DNA of 64,000 bases, taken from positions 979 to 64,978 of the forward strand of contig CAVSVU010000022.1 of assembly GCA_963731515.1 (NCBI GenBank). The letters run 5' to 3'. The notes under the pieces were generated by a model. That model was not told where the DNA came from. It did no database searches and was given only the letters and a program-made list of their open reading frames with translations. The stretch is from an uncultured Actinomycetes bacterium (lineage in GTDB: Bacteria; Actinomycetota; Thermoleophilia; Gaiellales; JAICJC01). Position numbers and translations under genes: made by a program. Of this stretch, positions 9,534 to 18,731 are shown in pieces (within the stretch, counting starts at the first letter, position 1; every line of letters starts with the position of its first letter).

Positions 9534-11189
9534 GTGGTGCACGCCGACCTCTGGTTCAAGAACGCGGTCATCTACAGCCTCAACGTCGAGACGTTTCTGG
9601 ACGCGAACGGCGACGGCTGCGGCGATCTTGAGGGGCTTTCGCGCAAGCTCGACTATCTCAACGGGCTCGGCGTGGACACGCTGTGGCTGGCGCCGTTCCA
9701 GCCGACACCGGGTCGCGACGACGGGTACGACATAACCGACCACCTGGGTGTCGATCCGCGGTTCGGCACATCCGGGGACTTCGTCGAGTTCATGCACGAG
9801 GCCGGGAGCCGGGGGATGCGGGTGATCGTCGACCTGGTGGTGAACCACACGTCCGATCGGCATCCCTGGTTCAAGGACGCTCGCTCCAGCCGAGACGCGG
9901 CCCGGCATGACTGGTTTGTGTGGTCGGACACGCGTCCGCCCGACTGGGACATCGGCATGGTGTTCCCCGGCGTGCAAAAGGAGACCTGGAGCTACGAGCG
10001 GCGCGTCCGGCAGTGGTACTTCCACCGCTTCTACGACTTCGAGCCCGATCTCAACATGTCGAACCCGCTGGTGCGCGAGGAGATTCGGCGGATCATCGGC
10101 TACTGGCTCGAGCTTGGTGTCGCCGGGTTCCGGGTCGACGCCGTGCCGTTCGTGCTGGAGAAGCCCTCGGTCGACGGCGGTAAGACGCGGCTGCAGTTCG
10201 ATTGGCTCCACGACATCCGCGAGTTCCTGCAGTGGCGGACGGGAAACGCCGCGTTGCTCGGCGAGGCGAACGTCATGCCCGGCGAGGCGCAGAGGTATTT
10301 CGCCGACGGCGACGGGCTGCACATGATGTTCAACTTCTGGGTGAACCAGCATCTGTTCGCCGCACTCGCCACCGGAGATGCGCAGCTGCTTGGGCGCGCC
10401 CTGCGACAGACCGCCGCCATTCCGCAGGGCACGCAGTGGGCCCACTTCCTGCGCAACCATGACGAGCTCGATCTCGGCCGCCTGCCGGACGAGCTTCGGC
10501 GGGACGTGTTCGAGGCGTACGGCGCAAAGCCGTCGATGCAACTCTACGGCCGCGGGATCCGCCGCCGCCTCGCGCCGATGCTGGGCGACCGGCGCCGGAT
10601 CGAGCTTGCCTACAGCCTGCTCTTCTCCATGCCGGGAACGCCGGTGCTGCGCTACGGCGACGAGATCGGGATGGGGGATAACCCCCGCCTGCGAGAGCGG
10701 CTGGCCATCCGCACCCCGATGCAGTGGTCGGGCGCGCCGAACGCCGGTTTCACCACCGCAGAGCGGCCTGTTACGCCCGTCGTCGCGGACGGCCCGTATG
10801 GCTACGAGAAGGTGAACGTCGAGGCACAACTCCGCGACCCGGGATCGCTGCTGCGCTGGATCACAGCCATGATCCGGCTGCGCAAGGAATGCCCCGAGAT
10901 CGGGTGGGGCGCTTCCAAGGTGCTGCCAAGCGGCCGCCGCGAGGTGCTCGCGATGGTCCACACCTGGCGCGGAACAGGGATCGTCTGCGTCCACAACCTT
11001 GCACCGGAGAGCGTCCGCGCCCGGGTCGCGCTCGATGCTCCGTCTGCGGGGCTCACCGCACTCCTCGATCACGAGCCCAGCAGCGCCGGCACGCGTGGCA
11101 TTCACCAGCTCGACCTCGAGCCCTACGCATACCGCTGGTATCGCATAGACGGCCACGATTCAGCACTTCGCCGGAAACGGGTCGGATAG
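9534..11189 (+). CDS. GH13 trehalose synthase (TreS)-like alpha-amylase family protein
   Basis: LWFKNAVIY, RDDGYDITD, VNHTSDRHPWF, GFRVDAVPF, FLRNHDELDL, GIRRRLAPML; TACCAT-N5-GTG. Confidence 0.9.
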   Translation: MVHADLWFKNAVIYSLNVETFLDANGDGCGDLEGLSRKLDYLNGLGVDTLWLAPFQPTPGRDDGYDITDHLGVDPRFGTSGDFVEFMHEAGSRGMRVIVDLVVNHTSDRHPWFKDARSSRDAARHDWFVWSDTRPPDWDIGMVFPGVQKETWSYERRVRQWYFHRFYDFEPDLNMSNPLVREEIRRIIGYWLELGVAGFRVDAVPFVLEKPSVDGGKTRLQFDWLHDIREFLQWRTGNAALLGEANVMPGEAQRYFADGDGLHMMFNFWVNQHLFAALATGDAQLLGRALRQTAAIPQGTQWAHFLRNHDELDLGRLPDELRRDVFEAYGAKPSMQLYGRGIRRRLAPMLGDRRRIELAYSLLFSMPGTPVLRYGDEIGMGDNPRLRERLAIRTPMQWSGAPNAGFTTAERPVTPVVADGPYGYEKVNVEAQLRDPGSLLRWITAMIRLRKECPEIGWGASKVLPSGRREVLAMVHTWRGTGIVCVHNLAPESVRARVALDAPSAGLTALLDHEPSSAGTRGIHQLDLEPYAYRWYRIDGHDSALRRKRVG

Positions 11190-11266
11190 CGATGGCCGCC
11201 GTGCTCGTACCTGGAGACTCGCTGGGGAGCACTCAGGCAGCCTGGGCTCTGAAGAACGGCTTTACC

Positions 11267-11290
11267 ATGCGCCCGGCACGATTCGAACGT
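11267..11290 (-). repeat. Second att-like copy of tRNA-Arg 3' end (24 bp exact, then degenerate)
   Basis: ATGCGCCCGGCACGATTCGAACGT matches 13658-13681 and 1564-1587. Confidence 0.85.
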
Positions 11291-11507
11291 TGCGGGACTC
11301 TCCGCCGAGGTCTCGCTTCAGTTCCGGTCACCCATGGTCACGCCCGGCGAAGGGGTCCGCCCGGCCTGCACGCATGACCGCGCCACGCTCGGCGTCGGGG
11401 TGTCGATCGTGGCTCGCAGGGGCGTTTCTCAGCGCCGGTGCAGTCGCATCCACAGCCCCCGCACCGCTTTGCAGAATCCGGGGCCGCCGTTCAGTGCGAC
11501 GCGGCGG

Positions 11508-12527
11508 TCAGTGGCAGGGCGCCGATCCGGAGTCGACGGTGCCCCCGCTCGCGTTCACGAACCGCCAGTCGTAGCTGGTGGGGTGAAGCGTGAGCTTGAG
11601 GATGCCGAACGTCTTGGTCGTCTTCTCGACGTTGTGGCTGCCGTTGAGCGAGAACAGGTCCTCGCCGCCGGTGCCGACGATGAACTGCCGGATTCCCCGG
11701 CTCGAGTCCACGTGGCCGGCGGCGTCCTGGGGCGCGAACCGGCCATACGTGTGCAGGTGCCCGGCCAGGATGACGTCCGCCCCGGCGTTGTAGAGGGTCT
11801 GCCAGAAGTACTTGTAATTGCTGACGGGCGTGCTGGTGCCGTTGTAGTAAGGCTGGTGCCAGTAGGCCAGCGTGCACGTGGCCGAGCCGAGGTTCTGCTT
11901 CAGGAAATTCCCCTGCGGCGAGCCGGAGCCGCAGCCTCCGACCTTGCCGCAGTTGCCGTTCAGCGCGATCAGGTGCCATGCGCCGAGGTTCCACGCATAG
12001 TCGCCGCGCGAGTCGCCGGCCGCGGCGCCGAAGTACTTGAAGTAGCCTCCCGCGCTCGACGTGCAGTCCGTGCCGCCGCTCGTTTGGTACTCGTGATTCC
12101 CGGCGACCGGATGGGTCATCGCAAGAAAGCGGCCCCACGACGGGTCGTACGACTTGAGGTAGGCCTGATAGCCGCCGCACCCGTACTGGTTGTCGCCCAA
12201 CGGAAGCACGGCGCCGATGCTCGAATCGGCAGCGATCAGGTTGGACGTCGCGAGCTCGCGACAGGCGCTGCTCGTCCCCTTACCCCCGTTGAACTTGGAG
12301 CTGGCGGGGTCGCAGGCGATATCGCCGGCGGTGGCGACGACCGGATCGGACGCGGCAGCGGCGGTCGCGCCCGATACGCCGGGCGCAGCTGACAGCGCGC
12401 CGGCCGGAGCAGCCACCAAACACGCGCAGAGTGCGGCTGCCGCGACCAGAAGATTCCTGCAGCGCCGAACGGCAAGCAAGCGGTGACGACCTTCCGCCGG
12501 CTCGCCGCCGCGAACGAGAAAACGCAT
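11508..12527 (-). CDS. Secreted calcineurin-like metallophosphoesterase
   Basis: Signal peptide; AGDIA, LGDNQY, GNHEY, YWHQP, GHLH motifs. Confidence 0.9.
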   Translation of the reverse strand: MRFLVRGGEPAEGRHRLLAVRRCRNLLVAAAALCACLVAAPAGALSAAPGVSGATAAAASDPVVATAGDIACDPASSKFNGGKGTSSACRELATSNLIAADSSIGAVLPLGDNQYGCGGYQAYLKSYDPSWGRFLAMTHPVAGNHEYQTSGGTDCTSSAGGYFKYFGAAAGDSRGDYAWNLGAWHLIALNGNCGKVGGCGSGSPQGNFLKQNLGSATCTLAYWHQPYYNGTSTPVSNYKYFWQTLYNAGADVILAGHLHTYGRFAPQDAAGHVDSSRGIRQFIVGTGGEDLFSLNGSHNVEKTTKTFGILKLTLHPTSYDWRFVNASGGTVDSGSAPCH

Positions 12528-12680
12528 AATCGACCCCACCTTTCGACCTGCGCCCCTAGAAGATCCGAGAGCCAGTGGCCAACTCTACAGGTTCTCGCAC
12601 CGGAAGCCACGCCGGCATCGACCAGCTCTTGTCGCGCGCACACCTTGCGACGCAAGGGTCTGGCAGCTATCATGCGACGC

Positions 12681-13034
12681 ATGGCACCGCTTCCCCAGCG
12701 CCGCACCGAACTGCTTCGGGGCGTGCTTGATCTCTGTCTCCTGGCCGTGATGGATGAGGGGCCGGCGTACGGCTACGAGATGACCCAGCGGTTGCGCGAG
12801 CGTGGGCTTGCGATCGTCGGTGAGGGCTCGATCTACCCGCTCCTCGGACGGCTGGAGCGCGATGGGCTCGTCGACACGTATCGGGCCGCGAGCAACGGTG
12901 GCCCTCCCAGGAAGTACTACCGGCCGTCGAGGGCGGGCAAGGTGGCGCTGGGGGCGGGTGTGCTCGAATGGCGAGAGGTCCGCGACGCGGTCGACGCGGT
13001 GCTTGCCCCGGTCAAAGTCGAGGTGGCTTCATGA
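12681..13034 (+). CDS. PadR family transcriptional regulator
   Basis: ELLRGVLDLCLL, YGYE, GSIYPLLGRLE, GPPRKYY; TATCAT-N7-ATG. Confidence 0.93.
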   Translation: MAPLPQRRTELLRGVLDLCLLAVMDEGPAYGYEMTQRLRERGLAIVGEGSIYPLLGRLERDGLVDTYRAASNGGPPRKYYRPSRAGKVALGAGVLEWREVRDAVDAVLAPVKVEVAS

Positions 13035-13567
13035 GCGAGTTCGTCCAACAGTGCCAACGAGAGTGGAATCGGCTTGGTGTCCCCGACGCGGTCGCGGAGG
13101 AGATGGCGACAGAACTCACGGCCGACCTTCGGGACGCTGAGGCCGCGGGGATGTCCACCGAGGAGTATCTGGGAGCCAGCGCAGCGGATCCACAAGCGTT
13201 CGCGGCCTCGTGGGCCTTTGAGCGGGGCACCATCCCCGCACCGTCCGGCCGAGAACCCCACCGTCGCAAGCCGCTCGTGCTCGTCGCCTTCACCGCTGCG
13301 GCGGCGCTGACGCTCGTCCTCGCGGCGGTCCTGCTCATCACCGGAGAGCCGCGGATCGGACTGTCCACCTCCACGAACCATCCGAACATCAGCCCGACAC
13401 TGTCCGGCCCGCTCCCGCACGTCACACGGCAGGTGTCTGCGACGAACGCCTCTGGACCGGTCGAATGGATCCTTCTGGCGGCTGCGGCCATCGCACTCGG
13501 CTTCGCATCATGGCTGTGGATGACCTGGAACCGCTCGGAATCCACCATCCACCGCGCCGCCCACTAA
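13031..13567 (+). CDS. PadR-associated membrane protein (hypothetical)
   Basis: ATGA overlap with padR; helical N-terminus (EWNRLGVPDAVAEEMATEL) plus two TM helices. Confidence 0.8.
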   Translation: MSEFVQQCQREWNRLGVPDAVAEEMATELTADLRDAEAAGMSTEEYLGASAADPQAFAASWAFERGTIPAPSGREPHRRKPLVLVAFTAAAALTLVLAAVLLITGEPRIGLSTSTNHPNISPTLSGPLPHVTRQVSATNASGPVEWILLAAAAIALGFASWLWMTWNRSESTIHRAAH

Positions 13568-13658
13568 CGGCGCGACGCCAGGGCGCTCTCCCCGAACGAC
13601 GTTCGCCTCGTCCGCTCGTCCTATGGGTGTCCGGTGGACGAGCCACATTGCTCGGCGA

Positions 13659-13731
13659 TGCGCCCGGCACGATTCGAACGTGCGGCCTCTGCCTCCGCAG
13701 GGCAGCGCTCTATCCCCTGAGCTACGGGCGC
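13659..13731 (-). tRNA. tRNA-Arg(GCG)
   Basis: GCGCCCG acceptor stem, D arm GCTC/GAGC, anticodon arm CTGCC-CTGCGGA-GGCAG, T arm GCACG-TTCGAAT-CGTGC; CCA not encoded. Confidence 0.96.
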
Positions 13732-13774
13732 GTCAGCGTGCCAGTCTATCGGGTCTCCTGCGCGGCAAGCGCAT

Positions 13775-13787
13775 GGGGACTGTCCCC
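13775..13787. repeat. REP-like palindrome GGGGACTGTCCCC
   Basis: Same core recurs at 49126-49138, 49146-49158 and about 49228-49239; all intergenic. Confidence 0.55.
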
Positions 13788-13817
13788 GCCTTGGCGGCCG
13801 CAAGGTAGGATCGCCGC

Positions 13818-14735
13818 GTGGCGGAGACGGCGAAGGAGACGCGCGAGGGCACGGTCCCGTTCGACCTCGGGGACGGCGAGATCGCCGAGACCTGGTTCCG
13901 GATCACGGGCGACCTCGAGGCCGGCGCCACGCCCCTCGTCACGCTGCACGGCGGGCCGGGCGCGACCCACGACTACCTCCTGTCGATGGCCGACCTCGCC
14001 GCCGACCGCGCCGTCGTCCACTACGACCAGCTCGGGAACGGCCGCAGCACGCACTACCCGGAGCGGGGCGCCGACTTCTGGACGGTCGACCTCTTCGTGC
14101 GCGAGCTGCACGGCCTGGTCGCCGCGCTCGGGATCGCGGATCGCCACCACGTGCTGGGTCAGTCGTGGGGCGGCTTCCTCGCCCAGGAGTACGCCTTCAC
14201 GAGCCCGCCCGGCCTGCGCTCGCTGGTGCTGGCCGACACCGCCGCCTCGTTCCCCGACTTCGTCGCCGAGGCAAACCGCCTGCGCGCCGATCTGCCACCC
14301 GACGTCGAGGCGACGCTGCGCCGGCACGAGGATGAGGGCACGACCGACGACCCCGCGTACATGGAGGCCTGCCAGGTCTTCTACGGCCGCCACGTGTGCC
14401 GGCTCGACCCGATGCCGCCCGAGGTGGTCGAGGCGTTCTCGTGGCTCGAGCGCGATCCCACCGTCTACCACACGATGAACGGGCCGAGCGAGTTCCACGT
14501 CGTCGGCTCGATCCGCGACTGGCAGTCGAATGACCGGCTGGGCACGATCACGGTGCCGACGCTCCTCGTCTCGGGCCGCCACGACGAGGCGACGCCGGCG
14601 CTGCAGGAGACGCTCCAGGCTGGGATCGCGGGCTCCGAGTGGGTCGTCTTCGAGGACTCGTCGCACATGCCGCACGTCGAGGAGCGGGAGCGCTACATGC
14701 AGGTCGTCGGCGACTGGCTCGCCCGGCACGACTGA
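13818..14735 (+). CDS. Proline iminopeptidase / L-amino acid amidase family hydrolase
   Basis: LHGGPGATHDY, YDQLGNGRS, GQSWGG, YHTMNGPSEF, SSHMPHVEE; TAGGAT-N6-GTG. Confidence 0.93.
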   Translation: MAETAKETREGTVPFDLGDGEIAETWFRITGDLEAGATPLVTLHGGPGATHDYLLSMADLAADRAVVHYDQLGNGRSTHYPERGADFWTVDLFVRELHGLVAALGIADRHHVLGQSWGGFLAQEYAFTSPPGLRSLVLADTAASFPDFVAEANRLRADLPPDVEATLRRHEDEGTTDDPAYMEACQVFYGRHVCRLDPMPPEVVEAFSWLERDPTVYHTMNGPSEFHVVGSIRDWQSNDRLGTITVPTLLVSGRHDEATPALQETLQAGIAGSEWVVFEDSSHMPHVEERERYMQVVGDWLARHD

Positions 14736-14736
14736 C

Positions 14737-15597
14737 CTACAGGTCGCGGCGCTGGAGGCCGATCGCCGTTGCCGCGAGCACGACGGCGACGTACGCGAGC
14801 GCCCACACGCCGAGCAGCGGCCCGGCTCCCTGCCCGCCGCCGAGCGGCCCCAGGTGGACGATCACCCCGGTGATGCCGCTCGTGTCGGCGGTGAGCGCGT
14901 GCAGTCCGGCCTGGTAGAGCGCGTCGAACGGCAGCGCCCACGAGGCGTCTCGGCCGATCTGCTGCAGCCGCTCGGACGGGAGCGCGTAGCCGATCTGCCC
15001 GAGCAGCCCCGACACGAGGCCCGCGCCGTAGATCATGAGCACGGCGATCCCGTTCGCGATCGTCGACAGGTACACCGAGCCCAGCAGCGAGATGGCCGCG
15101 ATCACGCAGACGGCGGCCGCGAGCGCGAAGCCGGGCACGACGATGCTGTCCGGCCACCAGCCGCCCTCGAGCCCGGTGATCACGACGCTCGCGGCGTACA
15201 CGAGGACGGTGTAGGAGGCGCAGATCCCGCAGGCGGCGCCGAAGCGGGCGGCGACGAAGACCGTCCGCCCGATCGGGCGCACGACGATCGGCTGGAGCAG
15301 GCCCTGCTCGGCGTCTCCGCGGATGGCGTTGAACGTGAGGAACACCGCGAGCACGGCGCCGAGGAAGAGCGTGGCGAACATCGCCAGCCCGAGCAGGCTG
15401 GCGCCGGCGAGGGTGTTCGCGTCGACGAGGGAGCCGTTCTGACGCACCTGGGCGCTCCCGACCGTCGCGAACGCCAGGTGGGTGGCGATCGCGTAGAGCG
15501 CCAGGAAGGCGACGGTGAGCAGCACGACCACGACCAGCACGCGGCGGCGCAGGCACTCGCGCAGCGTCACCCCCACGATCACCCCGGCGGCGCTCAC
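14737..15597 (-). CDS. ABC transporter permease
   Basis: About 6 TM segments; overlaps the ATPase gene; TLRECLRRR N-terminus. Confidence 0.85.
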   Translation of the reverse strand: MSAAGVIVGVTLRECLRRRVLVVVVLLTVAFLALYAIATHLAFATVGSAQVRQNGSLVDANTLAGASLLGLAMFATLFLGAVLAVFLTFNAIRGDAEQGLLQPIVVRPIGRTVFVAARFGAACGICASYTVLVYAASVVITGLEGGWWPDSIVVPGFALAAAVCVIAAISLLGSVYLSTIANGIAVLMIYGAGLVSGLLGQIGYALPSERLQQIGRDASWALPFDALYQAGLHALTADTSGITGVIVHLGPLGGGQGAGPLLGVWALAYVAVVLAATAIGLQRRDL

Positions 15598-16433
15598 CCC
15601 ATCTCCCCCTCGACCGCCTCCAGGTAGGCCTCCTCGAGCGTCGAGCGGGTCATGCGCACCTCGTACACCTGCTCGCCGGTGGCGACGAGCTCGGCGACGA
15701 GGCCGGGCACGTCCTCGCGCGCCGCCTGGTAGCGGCGCGTGCCTGACCCGGTCTCGATCTCCACACCGCCGGCCGCGGTCAGCTCGTCCGGCGTGCCCTG
15801 TGCGACCACCCGGCCGCGGTTGATGATGACCACTCGGTCGCAGACGAGCTCGATCTCGCTGAGGAGATGCGAGTTCAGGAGCACGGCGGTGCCGCCGGCG
15901 CGCAGCTCCTCGAGCATGTCGCGCACCGTCCGCCGCCCGGCCGGGTCGAGCGCGCTCGTCGGCTCGTCCAGCACGAGCATGCGCGGCCCGGCGACGAGCG
16001 CCTGGGCGATCCCGAGCCGCTGCTGCATGCCCTTCGACATCGACTCGATCTGGCGCCCGGCCACGTCGGCCAGGCCGACCAGCTCGAGCAGCCGCCCCCG
16101 CTCTCCGCCGCCGCCCTCCGATCGGGTCAGGCCCTGGTGGACGCGCAGGAGCTCGTCGGCCGTCATCCAGCCGGGGAACCGGAAGAGCTCGGCCAGGTAG
16201 CCGAGGCTCGCCCGCGCGGCCGCCGACCCGGCCGGCGCGCCACAGACCGTCGCGCTCCCGGCCGACGGGCGGACGAGGCCGCAGCCGATCTTGACGAGCG
16301 TCGACTTTCCGGCGCCGTTCGGGCCGAGCAGCCCGACGAGCTCGCCGGCGTCGACGTGCAGGCTGACGCCGTCGAGCGCGACGGTGCGCCCGTAGCGCTT
16401 GGAGACATCCTGGGCGGCGAACGCGACCGTCAC
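15594..16433 (-). CDS. ABC transporter ATP-binding protein
   Basis: GPNGAGKST, MSKGMQQR, LVLDEP, NSHLL. Confidence 0.95.
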   Translation of the reverse strand: MTVAFAAQDVSKRYGRTVALDGVSLHVDAGELVGLLGPNGAGKSTLVKIGCGLVRPSAGSATVCGAPAGSAAARASLGYLAELFRFPGWMTADELLRVHQGLTRSEGGGGERGRLLELVGLADVAGRQIESMSKGMQQRLGIAQALVAGPRMLVLDEPTSALDPAGRRTVRDMLEELRAGGTAVLLNSHLLSEIELVCDRVVIINRGRVVAQGTPDELTAAGGVEIETGSGTRRYQAAREDVPGLVAELVATGEQVYEVRMTRSTLEEAYLEAVEGEMG

Positions 16434-16442
16434 GACGGAGTA

Positions 16443-16838
16443 CTAAACCGCCGGATCGAGCAGCTCGACGCGTTCGTCCTCGGTCTCGGGCGGCGCCCCG
16501 TAGACGTAGACGAGCAGGTCGTCCTCACCGTGGTTGGCTGCCTGGAGCGCCGTTCCCGCCTCGACGTGGACGACGCCGCCCGCGACCATGTCGCACCGCG
16601 TCGGATCGTCACCGAGGTACATCGAGAGCGTCCCGGTGAGGACGACGAAGGTCTCCTCGTGGGTCGGGTGGCGGTGACGCCGGCCGCGGGCGCCGGGCTC
16701 GTAGCGCCAGATGTTCGCGCGCGAGTGGGTGAAGCCCGCGAGCTCGCTCAGCTCCGCCACGTGCCGGGCCGGCTCGCCGGGCTCGTGCGGCCGGGTGATC
16801 CAGGCCGGATCGTCGGGAGGGATCGCGCGGAAGCCCAC
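16443..16838 (-). CDS. Cupin domain protein
   Basis: HRHPTHEETFVVLTG cupin motif; TAGGCT-N6-GTG. Confidence 0.85.
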   Translation of the reverse strand: MGFRAIPPDDPAWITRPHEPGEPARHVAELSELAGFTHSRANIWRYEPGARGRRHRHPTHEETFVVLTGTLSMYLGDDPTRCDMVAGGVVHVEAGTALQAANHGEDDLLVYVYGAPPETEDERVELLDPAV

Positions 16839-16871
16839 GGCCAAAGCCTAGCCAGGTGTGGCCGGGGCCGG

Positions 16872-17990
16872 TCAGGCCCGGGTCGGCACAGAGACGTCGA
16901 AGCGCGACCCGCGCTCGGGGCCGCTCGATGCCTCGATCCTGCCGCCGAGGGCCTCGACGATGCGCTTGGCGAGGGTCAGCCCGAGCCCGGCGCCGCGGCT
17001 CGACCGCGCCGGGTCGGCGCGCCAGAACGCCTCGAAGACGCGCGGCAGCTCGTCCGGGGCGATCCCGGGCCCGCTGTCCTCCACCGACAGGCTGATGTCG
17101 TCGGCGCCACCCTGCGCGCGTAGCGTCACCCATCCGCCGGTGGGCGTGTAGCGGACGGCGTTGTCGAGCAGCGAGTGGACGACCCGGGCGAGCTTCGGCG
17201 AGCACAGGCTGGCCCCGGCGCCGCCCAGGTCGACGTCGATCCGGATCCGCTTCTCGGCCGCCTCCGGGCGGCACAGGTCGAGCGCGCCCTGCACCACCTC
17301 GGCCAGCGCCATCGAGCGGGCGTCGCGGGCGAACTCGGCCGCGTCCAGCTGCGCCAGCTCGAAGAGGTCGTCGACCATCGTCACGAGCGCCATCACCGAG
17401 CGGCGCATCTCGGCCGTGTAGCGCGCCACCGTCTCGGGGTCGCGCACGATGCCCTCGTCGATCGCCTCGACCATCGCGCGCAGGTTGGCGATGGGCGTGC
17501 GCAGGTCGTGCGAGAGCGACGTCATCAGGTCGCGCCGCTGCGCCTCGACCGCGCGCTCGGCCTCGATGCCCGCTTCGAGCCGGGCGGCGGCGGCGTCCAG
17601 CGTCTCTCCGAGCAGCCGCAGCTCCGGTGCGGCCCGAAGCTCGCCGGCGCGCGCGTCGAGGCGGTTCTCGCCCAGGGAGCGGGCCGTGGCGACCAGCCGG
17701 GCCAGGGCGCGCGTGTTGGAGCGGCTGACGATGAGCGCCGCCGCCACGCCCGCCGTGACGGAGTAGAGCGCCACCGAGACCAGCTCGGTCGGATTGCCCG
17801 GCGAGATCAGCATGAAGTGGTTCAGCACGAGCAGGTCGACCACCGTCACGAGCGAGGCGATGACGGCGATCGCGATCAGCATGTACGCGAGGCCGACGCG
17901 GGTGGCCAGGCGCCGGGCGATCAGGGAGGTGACGAGCGTCGCCACGGCGATCGGGGCGAGCAGCGCGACCAGCCGGACGGTCTCGCTCAT
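16872..17990 (-). CDS. HAMP-domain sensor histidine kinase
   Basis: N-terminal TM helices, SHDLRTP H-box, LLDNAVRY, DSGPG, GAGLGL; ATGA overlap with the response regulator. Confidence 0.95.
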   Translation of the reverse strand: MSETVRLVALLAPIAVATLVTSLIARRLATRVGLAYMLIAIAVIASLVTVVDLLVLNHFMLISPGNPTELVSVALYSVTAGVAAALIVSRSNTRALARLVATARSLGENRLDARAGELRAAPELRLLGETLDAAAARLEAGIEAERAVEAQRRDLMTSLSHDLRTPIANLRAMVEAIDEGIVRDPETVARYTAEMRRSVMALVTMVDDLFELAQLDAAEFARDARSMALAEVVQGALDLCRPEAAEKRIRIDVDLGGAGASLCSPKLARVVHSLLDNAVRYTPTGGWVTLRAQGGADDISLSVEDSGPGIAPDELPRVFEAFWRADPARSSRGAGLGLTLAKRIVEALGGRIEASSGPERGSRFDVSVPTRA

Positions 17991-18676
17991 GCCTCGAACC
18001 GGTACCCGACGCCGTGCACGGTCACGAGCCGGCGCGGCTGCGAGGGGTCGTCCTCGATCTTCGCCCGCAGCCGCCGGATGTGGACGGTCACGGTCTCGGT
18101 GTCCCCGGTCCACACGTAGCCCCACACCGACTCGACGAGCTCCGCCCGCGTGTAGACGCGGCCGGGGTTCGACGCCAGCCGCAGGAGCAGGTCGAACTCC
18201 TTGCGGGTGGTGCGGACGACCTCCCCCGCGCGGCTGACCTCGCGCCGGACCGGGTCGATCACGAGGTCGCCGAACTCGAGCTGCGACCGCGGCTCCCCGC
18301 TCCCGCGGCGCAGGACGGCCCGCACGCGGGCCACCACCTCGCCCGGCGAGTACGGCTTGGTCACATAGTCGTCGGCGCCCAGCTCGAGCCCCGCGATCCG
18401 CTCGCGCTCGCTCACCTTCGCCGACAGGATGATCACCGGCACGCTGCTCTCGAGCCGGACCAGGCGCAGGAGCTCCAGGCCGCTCAGCTTCGGCAGCATC
18501 AGGTCGAGCACGATCACGCTCGGCGGCTGCGCCTCGATGGCGCTCAGCGCAGCGTGGCCGTCGGCCGCCGAGTCCACCTCGAAGCCCTCGTGCGTGAGGT
18601 AGCGGGTGAGGACGTCGCGCACGACCGGCTCGTCGTCGACGACGAGCACGCGCGGCGATTGTCCGGACGACGCCAT
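17987..18676 (-). CDS. OmpR/PhoB family response regulator
   Basis: VLVVDDE, VLDLMLP, GADDYVTKPYS, TVTVHIRRLRAKIE, TVHGVGYRF; TACGCT-N6-ATG. Confidence 0.95.
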   Translation of the reverse strand: MASSGQSPRVLVVDDEPVVRDVLTRYLTHEGFEVDSAADGHAALSAIEAQPPSVIVLDLMLPKLSGLELLRLVRLESSVPVIILSAKVSERERIAGLELGADDYVTKPYSPGEVVARVRAVLRRGSGEPRSQLEFGDLVIDPVRREVSRAGEVVRTTRKEFDLLLRLASNPGRVYTRAELVESVWGYVWTGDTETVTVHIRRLRAKIEDDPSQPRRLVTVHGVGYRFEA

Positions 18677-18714
18677 GCCACCAGCGTACCCTCGTCCGCC
18701 TCGCCCGGCGGGTT

Positions 18715-18731
18715 GTTCAGGTTCTTGCAAG
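18715..18731 (-). promoter_or_regulatory. Conserved motif copy 1 (CTTGCAAGAACCTGAAC) upstream of the response regulator
   Basis: 16/17 match to the copy at 22646 and 15/17 to the copy at 21120; ends 26 nt upstream of the -10 box. Confidence 0.65.

Noticed and set aside
9522-11156. Long antisense or alternative-frame ORFs (also 2755-4044, 32328-34076, 46530-49160, 52034-54277, 57900-59690)
   Set aside because: Shadows of real genes caused by high-GC codon bias; Arg/Ala/Pro-rich with no recognisable motifs
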